64,000 nt of DNA from Candidatus Bruticola sp. (GTDB taxonomy: Bacteria; Vulcanimicrobiota; Xenobia; Xenobiales; Xenobiaceae): the NCBI GenBank assembly GCA_051874735.1, contig JBJEGD010000031.1, positions 130,681 through 194,680 of the forward strand, given 5' to 3'. Under the pieces are notes generated by a model that had not been told where the DNA came from, ran no database searches, and saw only the letters and a program-made list of their open reading frames with translations. The stretch's first letter is position 1, and each line of letters opens with the position of its first letter. Positions 38,515 through 46,358 of this stretch are shown here, piece after piece. The translations under genes were made by a program, and so were the position numbers.

Positions 38515-40329
38515 TTGACTTTTCGCCATAAACTAACTTTAGCGCTCCTAGACATTGTCTTAGTTTTTTTAGGCCTGATTTTAGCTTTAGGATTGCGTCT
38601 GGATTTTGACTTAGCAGCTATGGAGCGCTTTATGCAGCTCAGCAATATTTCCCTGTACGTGGGAGTTTCTATGCTAGCTGTGGTTAGTTTTTCTTTTTTT
38701 GGTCTTTACGACAAAGTTTGGCGCTATGCCGGTGTGCATGAACTTCTGTCCACATTTTACGCCGTATTTTTAACGGCTTCAGTTTGGGAAGTATGTGTTT
38801 TATTGGCTGGAGGGACTGTATTTCCGCGTACCAGCACAGCTATAGCGGCTTTACTTTGGCTGTCTGCCTGCGGAGGAACTCGTCTTATTTTGCGTTTAAT
38901 GAGCGTCAAAAAAGGGCTTAATGGTACTGAGCAGCGTCGGGCTTTAGTTGTAGGGGTCGATGATGGCGGTGAGGTCATTATCAGGGAATTGGAAAGAGAA
39001 AATTCCGGTTTTAGTTGTATAGGTTTAGTTGATAACGATCTTCATAAACGGAGGCTGCGCATTCACGGTGTCCCTGTTTTGGGCACTGTTGATAACTTAG
39101 CCGATTTGATAAAACAGTTTGATATAAGCTTTGTTATTATGTCAGGCCGGTCTCCGTCTTTAGTGAGAGCTGTAGTGCAAGCTTGTGCTAAGACTCCTCA
39201 AGTCCGTATGCGTGTAGTTCCTAGTGTAGCTGATTTGCTAGAGGGTAACGTTAAAGTCAACAGTTTGCGTGAAGTACAAATTGAAGATTTGCTCGATCGC
39301 GATCCCGTAGATGGCGATTTATCTGAAGTGAGCAGTTATATAAGAGGTCAGCGTGTTTTAGTAACTGGGGCCGGAGGTTCAATTGGATCAGAAATTTGTC
39401 GTCAAGTTGTCAAACTGGGAGCTGCTCAAGTAATTATGATGGGGCGGGGGGAAAACAGCATTCATGAAATTGGTATTGAGTTGCGCAATGCTCCTGTAGT
39501 GCAGTTTATAGGTAATTTGCGCGACAAAGCCAGAATGACTAAACTTTTTGAGCGTTTTAAACCTCAAGTGGTCTTCCATACTGCTGCTCATAAGCATGTA
39601 CCTTTAATGGAATTGAGTCCTGCTGAAGCCGTAGCTAACAATGTTTTTGGCACGTTAACTCTGCTCGAATTAGCTCAGCAGTATGGCGTGCAAAAGTTGA
39701 TATCTATCTCTACTGATAAAGCCGTTAATCCTACTTCCGTTATGGGAGCTACTAAGCGTTTAGCGGAGCTAATTTTGGCTTCCAGACGAATCCCTGGGTT
39801 TGCGGCCGTGCGTTTTGGCAATGTTTTGGGTTCTAGGGGAAGCGTTATCCCCACTTTTAAAAAGCAAATAGCTAAAGGCGGTCCAGTTACGGTTACTGAT
39901 GAAAACATGACTCGCTTTTTTATGACTATTCCCGAAGCTGTAGGGTTAGTGCTGCAGGCTGGAGCTTTGGCTCAGGGTGGGGAAATTTATGTTCTGGATA
40001 TGGGTAAGCCGGTAAAAATTATCGATTTAGCCAGAAATTTAATTCGCCTTTCCGGTTTTGAACCTGATATAGATATACCTATAAAAATAGTTGGTTTACG
40101 CCCCGGAGAGAAGCTTTACGAAGAACTTACTAACAGCGGCGAAGACACCGAACCTACCAAGTTGGCTAAAATAACTAAGGTAACTACTGAAGCCCCTCCT
40201 AAGGATTGGCCGGGTGAAAAGTTAGCAGAGCTTCGCCAGGTAGCCAATGAAGCTGACGACGAATCAGCGCTCCGTTTGCTTGTCGAGTTAGTGCCCCATT
40301 TTACCAGTGAACAACTTAATAAAATGTAA
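38515..40329 (+). CDS. Membrane-anchored NDP-sugar 4,6-dehydratase (PglF/CapD-like)
   Basis: N-terminal TMs; VTGAGGSIGSEI, HTAAHKHVP, STDKAVNP, VRFGNVLGSRGSV, GLRPGEKLYEEL. Confidence 0.92.
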   Translation: MTFRHKLTLALLDIVLVFLGLILALGLRLDFDLAAMERFMQLSNISLYVGVSMLAVVSFSFFGLYDKVWRYAGVHELLSTFYAVFLTASVWEVCVLLAGGTVFPRTSTAIAALLWLSACGGTRLILRLMSVKKGLNGTEQRRALVVGVDDGGEVIIRELERENSGFSCIGLVDNDLHKRRLRIHGVPVLGTVDNLADLIKQFDISFVIMSGRSPSLVRAVVQACAKTPQVRMRVVPSVADLLEGNVKVNSLREVQIEDLLDRDPVDGDLSEVSSYIRGQRVLVTGAGGSIGSEICRQVVKLGAAQVIMMGRGENSIHEIGIELRNAPVVQFIGNLRDKARMTKLFERFKPQVVFHTAAHKHVPLMELSPAEAVANNVFGTLTLLELAQQYGVQKLISISTDKAVNPTSVMGATKRLAELILASRRIPGFAAVRFGNVLGSRGSVIPTFKKQIAKGGPVTVTDENMTRFFMTIPEAVGLVLQAGALAQGGEIYVLDMGKPVKIIDLARNLIRLSGFEPDIDIPIKIVGLRPGEKLYEELTNSGEDTEPTKLAKITKVTTEAPPKDWPGEKLAELRQVANEADDESALRLLVELVPHFTSEQLNKM

Positions 40330-40459
40330 AAGTATATATAAAGTTTAATAGTTTTCAGCCGGTGGGCCTCCAACTGTTTTTATCCGGATAAATTGCAAGT
40401 TAGGAGGCCGCAATTGGCTGTTTATAAAAAAATGTTGTGTGTTCAGCTAGCTGATGAGG

Positions 40460-42721
40460 CTACTTTGGCTCAGCAGTTGTATTTTCGCCTTTTCCTTCAT
40501 CTTCCCATACTAAAGGAATTTTCAGCGTAAAAACAGAGCCTACTTTATCTTTGGATATTAGTTCTAAGCGGGCTCTGAGCATGTGGGAATAGTGACGGAC
40601 TAGGGCTAAACCTAATCCTGTACCTCCGTAACTACGAGAAATGGAATCATCAGCTTGAGTAAATTCTTCAAAAATTTTGGAGAATTTCTCTTCATTCATA
40701 CCCATACCCGTATCTTGAACGCTAAAAATAACGACCAGACTATCATCTTTAAATGGGGCTTCGACAACCGTATAACCGGGGCTGTCTAAATAAGGAACTT
40801 GATAAAATTCGTTTTGGGCTTTTTGTCCGCTCCAGATTTCAATAGAGAGCTTAATGAGGCCGTTTTTAGTAAATTTGACGGCATTGCCTAGTAAATTAAT
40901 TAAAATTTGGCGCAGTTTGGCGTGATCGGTATTGAGAGTAAGGGATTGATTGGGACACTCTAGCTCAAACTTGTTATTGTTAACTTGGTAAAGAGAATTA
41001 GTTGAAGCCCTGATTTCAGTAATAATTTCACTCAAAGGGAATTTTTCAATAAATAGGCTAACTTTGCCAGATTCTAAACGGGAAATATTCAGAATATCAT
41101 TGATGTTAGAGAGTAAATTCAGCCCAGCTATATGGATATTTTGCAAATCTTTAACTGCTTGACTGTCGTGCCGTTCAGAAGCGTCATCGATAAGCATTTC
41201 ACTGTAACCGATTATCGCGTTTAGGGGAGTGCGCAGCTCATGGCTCATGTTGGCTAAAAAGCTGCTTTTGATACGACTTGCTTCCATAGCTTGATCGCGA
41301 GCCGTTTTCAAATCTGTCATAGTTTTTTCGATGCGTCCGGCCATAGCATCGAAGGCTGCAGCTAAACGACCTATTTCGTCTCGTCGGTTAATATGGCACC
41401 TGGTAGTATGATCTCCCCCAGCAATTTCGCTGGCTGCCTGGCTGAGTTTGATAATGGGATTGACTAGACCGTTAGCTGTAAAGAAAGCCAACACCATAAA
41501 CACAGCGCCTATAGATACTGTAATGAGAATTGAAATTAATAGAGAACGGCGCAGAGAGTGAAAAAGCTCTGATTCTGTAAATTCTGAAAGAACGAACCAA
41601 TTTATCTGATTGCAAGCGCTCCAAGCTCCAATAACCCGATGGCCGAAAATGTCGTTGTACGTGTCTTTGACCGCATTTTCCATTAAATAGTCAGTAGGAA
41701 AATTAGGGTGAAGTTTGTTGTGGGTATCATGGTAAGTTAGATACTCAATTAAAGGTTGAGTAGGATTGCCTTCTAAAGTTTTTAAGTAAAAAGTTTGCGA
41801 TTTAGCTTGGTTATAGTCTTCTGAAGTATCTGTGCTGGGAGAAAGAGCTTCCATGGCTTTGGAGCTTACATTGGAAGGCATAGAAATAATTTGTCCGTGA
41901 TCATCAACTACATAAAAATTTCCGTGCGATGAAAGTGAGCGTATGTTAATCGGGTAGAGGCGGAAAGTGAGAATCGCCATAGGCATACGCCGGTTGTTTG
42001 GATCAAGCCCCTCAGCGTAATAATTGTCGTTAGGTTCATCATAAACTAAAATTGAAAGGTAGCTAGCAGAACAGCGATTGTCGTAAATTTTGTCATGATC
42101 GGAATGATGTGATGACTCAGTGTTGATTATAGAACGCTGAGAGAGAACTACCTCGCCCTGATTTAATTTGCTGAGTACATCTTGACTGTTTTTCATCATT
42201 TCTGCGGGCAGCCAGGGCAGACCGATATGTTTGCTGTTAGTGCTAAAATAAATGCTGCCGCCTGTATAAAAAGACTGCAGATGCTGACCCTCAGGTTTAT
42301 TTTTTAGTTCAGAATACTGAATATTGTCATTGTTGTATCTTATATCGCTGCCTAAAGATGATAAATATATTTCGGAAACTTGCGGCATCGATTTATTCAT
42401 AATTTCAGCTTTTTCACTGAACTGTTTATAGAGCTTTTTTTCTTTTTCGGGGTTATTTTCGACTTTGTTGTATAAAACGACAAAATCTCTGACTATTTTA
42501 GTCTCAGAAATTGCTCGTATAGCACCTTTTTGGCGAATTATCCAAGAGTCTATATCCTGACATATATGTTTAGAAGAGGATAGCAGATAAGCCGTTTGGG
42601 AATCATATATGCTGGTTACTTCCCGATTACAAAAATATGTGCCTGCCACTATTAAAGGCAAAAATATGGCAGCCAAAGTCATAAGCATCAGGCGCGTGCG
42701 CAGAGAAATGTCGTTTAACAT
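40460..42721 (-). CDS. Membrane sensor histidine kinase (extracytoplasmic Cache-like domain, HAMP, HisKA, HATPase; no receiver)
   Basis: Two TM segments; RRDEIGRLAAAFDAM; FLANMSHELRTPLNAIIG; NLLGNAVKFT; DTGMG; GGTGLGL. Confidence 0.92.
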   Translation of the reverse strand: MLNDISLRTRLMLMTLAAIFLPLIVAGTYFCNREVTSIYDSQTAYLLSSSKHICQDIDSWIIRQKGAIRAISETKIVRDFVVLYNKVENNPEKEKKLYKQFSEKAEIMNKSMPQVSEIYLSSLGSDIRYNNDNIQYSELKNKPEGQHLQSFYTGGSIYFSTNSKHIGLPWLPAEMMKNSQDVLSKLNQGEVVLSQRSIINTESSHHSDHDKIYDNRCSASYLSILVYDEPNDNYYAEGLDPNNRRMPMAILTFRLYPINIRSLSSHGNFYVVDDHGQIISMPSNVSSKAMEALSPSTDTSEDYNQAKSQTFYLKTLEGNPTQPLIEYLTYHDTHNKLHPNFPTDYLMENAVKDTYNDIFGHRVIGAWSACNQINWFVLSEFTESELFHSLRRSLLISILITVSIGAVFMVLAFFTANGLVNPIIKLSQAASEIAGGDHTTRCHINRRDEIGRLAAAFDAMAGRIEKTMTDLKTARDQAMEASRIKSSFLANMSHELRTPLNAIIGYSEMLIDDASERHDSQAVKDLQNIHIAGLNLLSNINDILNISRLESGKVSLFIEKFPLSEIITEIRASTNSLYQVNNNKFELECPNQSLTLNTDHAKLRQILINLLGNAVKFTKNGLIKLSIEIWSGQKAQNEFYQVPYLDSPGYTVVEAPFKDDSLVVIFSVQDTGMGMNEEKFSKIFEEFTQADDSISRSYGGTGLGLALVRHYSHMLRARLELISKDKVGSVFTLKIPLVWEDEGKGENTTAEPK

Positions 42722-42825
42722 GTTATTCCTTACTTCCGACCATATCGGTAAATTCTAGCTTAAACAAAAAAACTTCGTCATATAGAAAATAGGTATATAA
42801 GTTTCATTATAGAAAATATTATATC

Positions 42826-44055
42826 ATGGCTAATGAAGTTATATTGGTTGTTGACGATGAAGAATTCAACCGCGATATGTTGTCCCGCCGTTTGCGTCGT
42901 GAGGGATATGAAACTTTTACGGCTTCAGGCGGACGCGAAGCCATAAAACTGATCAAAACTTTAGGACGCATCGATATGGTGCTTCTCGACATAATGATGC
43001 CGGAGATGGACGGATTCCAAACCTTAGAGGAGCTTCGCGCTGTCTATTCTGATAGCCTACTTCCTGTCATTATGTTGACCGCTATAGGCGACAGTGAAAG
43101 TGTGGTCAAGGCTTTAAACATGGGGGCGAGCGATTACGTTACTAAGCCCGTCAATATGGATGTGCTCAAAGCTCGAATCCAGAGCCGTCTGGCTAAGCGT
43201 CAGTTCAGTCAAGAAGACGGTAGCCATATGCCAACTGTAGGGTCTAAGTTGGGAGCTTACTTGCTCGAACATGAAATAGGCAAAGGGGCTACTTCGGTAG
43301 TTTTTTTAGCTGAAGATACGCGTTTGATGCGCCAGGTAGCTATTAAAGTGCTGAAGCCAGAATTTTGCGAAGATGAGGAAGCTCTCGGACGCTTTGTAAG
43401 AGAAGCGAAAACGGTAGCCAGTATAGAACATCCTGGTGTGGTGGGCATATTTGAGATAGCTCATAAGCCTTGCCGTTATTTGGTGATGGAGTATTTAAAA
43501 GGTACTAATATGGCTTCTTTTGTAGGGGTTAAGCCGCTTTCTGTATCTGAAGCCGTCGATTACGCTTGGCAGATAGCTGATATCCTTACCGCAGTCCATG
43601 AAAAAGGTATTATCCATCGCGATTTGAAACCGCAGAACTTAATAGTGGATGATGAGGGGCGGGTCCATTTAATGGATTTTGGTACAGCTAAGTTAACTAA
43701 TAAAGAGAGCAATTTAACTAAGGCTGGTACTATTTTAGGTACACCGCGCTATATGGCTCCTGAGCAGATCGACGGACGAATGGGACAGGTGGGGGAAGCT
43801 ACCGATCTGTTTCCTTTAGGTTTAATGCTCTATGAAATGATTTCTGGTAAGCGGGCTATAGAGGGAGATAGCTTCCATTCTATATTCTATGAGTTGTTCT
43901 TCCGAGAGCCGGATAGCTTGATTAAAGTAAGGCCTGATATCCCGCTGCCTCTTGACTCTCTCTGCCGCCGCCTGCAAGCGGCTAAAGTGGCCGATCGTCC
44001 ACAGACGGCAGCAGAGGTTCGTGCCGAATTGGCTCAGATAAAAACTATGCTCTAG
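42826..44055 (+). CDS. Response-regulator receiver domain fused to a Hanks-type Ser/Thr protein kinase
   Basis: REC: VVDD, LLDIMMP, MLTA, VTKP; kinase: IGKGATSVV, VAIK, HRDLKPQN, DFG, GTPRYMAPE. Confidence 0.92.
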   Translation: MANEVILVVDDEEFNRDMLSRRLRREGYETFTASGGREAIKLIKTLGRIDMVLLDIMMPEMDGFQTLEELRAVYSDSLLPVIMLTAIGDSESVVKALNMGASDYVTKPVNMDVLKARIQSRLAKRQFSQEDGSHMPTVGSKLGAYLLEHEIGKGATSVVFLAEDTRLMRQVAIKVLKPEFCEDEEALGRFVREAKTVASIEHPGVVGIFEIAHKPCRYLVMEYLKGTNMASFVGVKPLSVSEAVDYAWQIADILTAVHEKGIIHRDLKPQNLIVDDEGRVHLMDFGTAKLTNKESNLTKAGTILGTPRYMAPEQIDGRMGQVGEATDLFPLGLMLYEMISGKRAIEGDSFHSIFYELFFREPDSLIKVRPDIPLPLDSLCRRLQAAKVADRPQTAAEVRAELAQIKTML

Positions 44056-44074
44056 AAAATTAATTTAGCCTAAA

Positions 44075-45280
44075 TTAATTTAGCTGATATTGGGGCAATA
44101 GTTTGGCGTAGTACTCCATGAGTTTGCGTGCCTGTGGCGCTTCTTGAAATTCTGAAATCGCCTTAGCATAGCCTCGCTCAGCTAACTGGGTTGCGTACTC
44201 TGGTTTACTATACAATTCAAATAGGGCCTGAGCGGTAGCTTCTGGATTTTTAGGAGGTACTAGTAGTCCATTCTTTTGATGGTCAACTACGTCGATAACC
44301 CCACCTACAGCAGTGCAGACTACGGGGCGATGCATTATCATCGCCTCTAGGTTGGCTATGCCTAAACCTTCATAGTTTGAGTTTAAAGCGTAAATATCGA
44401 AGTTACCCAAATATTCTAACAAATTGTCTGCCCATCCCACCAGAATAACTTGCTTTTGTAGTTTAAGTTCATCAATAAGTTCTTCTAGCTGACGGCGGAG
44501 TCGGCCCTGTCCCACTATGACAAGGTAAACCTTGGAGGCCTCCTGTGGGGCTAACTTTTGCAAAAATATCGAAAAGGCTTTTATTAAAATGTCGTGTCCT
44601 TTGGCTTCTTCTAGACGGCCTACTGAGTCTATAATGAAAGAGTCGGACGGTATCTGTAATTTTCTGCGCAGCTCTGCAGGACTGCCGCAAGGTTGATAGC
44701 GATCCAGATCTAAGCAGCCTTCACGGACTATGGCTAATTTGTGGGCGGGGACAATACCTTCAGAGATAATTTGCTTTAAATTGGGAGTAGAAACTGTAAA
44801 GTGGAAACAGGCCAGTCTGGCTGCTATTTTTTCTAAAATTCGATATAAAAATTTGAGATAGAGGTTAGTGGCGGCATTTTCTGGCAGCTCATGAATCGTA
44901 TGCAAACGCAGAGGAACCCCACAGAGGAAACCAGCTAGGCGTCCGATAAAGCCTGCTTTAGAAGTGTGAGTATGAATAATATCCGGCTTATACTGTCTAA
45001 TAAACTTAATTAATTTTATTAAAGAACAGATATCTTGTAGAGGAGATATACGCCTACTTATAGGAATATTGACGACTTTGATGCCTAAACTTTCCAGCGG
45101 TTGTCGGAATTTCTGTACTGTGCAAGCTAAGGTCACCTCGTAGCCGCAGGCCACCATAGCTTCGAACTTGCGGCGAAGAAAACACTGAGCTGTCAGGTCG
45201 ATAGTTGTAACTACTAAAACTTTTTTACCGGTGCCGCTTTTTTCCAGACCGGTTATATCAATGGGAGTGGATCTGTTCAC
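44075..45280 (-). CDS. Glycosyltransferase family 4
   Basis: HTHTSKAG, SVGRLEEAKG, YEGLGIANLEAM, TAVGG. Confidence 0.9.
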   Translation of the reverse strand: MNRSTPIDITGLEKSGTGKKVLVVTTIDLTAQCFLRRKFEAMVACGYEVTLACTVQKFRQPLESLGIKVVNIPISRRISPLQDICSLIKLIKFIRQYKPDIIHTHTSKAGFIGRLAGFLCGVPLRLHTIHELPENAATNLYLKFLYRILEKIAARLACFHFTVSTPNLKQIISEGIVPAHKLAIVREGCLDLDRYQPCGSPAELRRKLQIPSDSFIIDSVGRLEEAKGHDILIKAFSIFLQKLAPQEASKVYLVIVGQGRLRRQLEELIDELKLQKQVILVGWADNLLEYLGNFDIYALNSNYEGLGIANLEAMIMHRPVVCTAVGGVIDVVDHQKNGLLVPPKNPEATAQALFELYSKPEYATQLAERGYAKAISEFQEAPQARKLMEYYAKLLPQYQLN

Positions 45281-45308
45281 ACCGGCTCCTTTGTCTGAGA
45301 TTTTGCTG

Positions 45309-45719
45309 TTATTGCCTGTGCCATTCCTCTATAGAAGCAGCTGAACGGTGACACGGATTGGGTTTTATTTCTGGATGAGGATCGGGATTGAGGCCGTACA
45401 TCGCTCTTCCTTCATGGGCTTCAGGTAAATATTCAGTAATAGGCAGATCATTGGCAGCTACATAGAGAAGGCAATGGCAATATTTATAAATTTGCATTTC
45501 ATCGCAGGGGCAGAGCCAGCGTCTATGTTTAATTTCCGATTTTTTATCAGCGTAAAAATTGCAAGGACAGAGGGGGCGGCCCAACTCCGCCATATTTTGG
45601 GCCAGCCCTTTGATAACGGCCTCTGTAACTCCTGGAACTGTACTAAATTGGGTGCCAGTTTTGCGTTTATAAATTTCAGTATAGCGCCGCAGGCGCTCCA
45701 AGATCTTTGAGTCGGTCAT
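45309..45719 (-). CDS. Ferredoxin:thioredoxin reductase catalytic (beta) subunit
   Basis: Diagnostic CPC...CPC...CHC motifs (LCPCNF, WLCPCD, YCHCLL). Confidence 0.85.
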   Translation of the reverse strand: MTDSKILERLRRYTEIYKRKTGTQFSTVPGVTEAVIKGLAQNMAELGRPLCPCNFYADKKSEIKHRRWLCPCDEMQIYKYCHCLLYVAANDLPITEYLPEAHEGRAMYGLNPDPHPEIKPNPCHRSAASIEEWHRQ

Positions 45720-45775
45720 AAACTCTCCTGGAAATTTTCTATGGGCTTCGCTCCTAAAATTTTGTTGGCAGACAA

Positions 45776-46165
45776 CTACTCCATTATATTGTCTGGCATA
45801 ATTAGGATATCCTTAGCCGTTATTGAGCCGTTCCAGTCACGTCCGCCTTCAACTTTTATAATATCACCTTTTTCGATAACGCTAAATATTTCACTTACAG
45901 GTATACTTTCATCGCGCAGCCAGCCGTTTTGGGAAAAACGTTTAGTAACTTTTGTTTTCAAGCGGAGATATACCCAGTTTTGAGTAACGGTCGGATTGGC
46001 GTCTAGCTGGGCTATGCCTATACGTTCTTTTCCTTGATCTAGTTCAGTAATACGGTAAGTGCCCGAAGCTAAAATGAGTTGGGCTTGCGCTTTAGGTGAT
46101 GCCGCTAGCAGAGCTGCTAACAAAATGGCAAAAAGTGTTAAGTACAATTTAAAGGAGCGTTTCAT
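45776..46165 (-). CDS. Small exported hypothetical protein
   Basis: ATG 46165 with SD GAGG; Sec signal ending AQA; beta-rich mature part. Confidence 0.6.
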   Translation of the reverse strand: MKRSFKLYLTLFAILLAALLAASPKAQAQLILASGTYRITELDQGKERIGIAQLDANPTVTQNWVYLRLKTKVTKRFSQNGWLRDESIPVSEIFSVIEKGDIIKVEGGRDWNGSITAKDILIMPDNIME

Positions 46166-46358
46166 AATACTTTCCTCTTTAGTTATGCTGAATTTGCGGA
46201 TAAAACTATCGGCGAGCATTCGGCGCGCCTTTATTTTATTCCCTGAAACTTTTAAGATTTTTTTTTTAGTTTAGTTTTTTATTGGGGAAAGATGAAGCTG
46301 TATAGAGAATGGTAAACGCGAGTAGCGAGTATATAGCTTTGGACTAAAGGATACTTCA

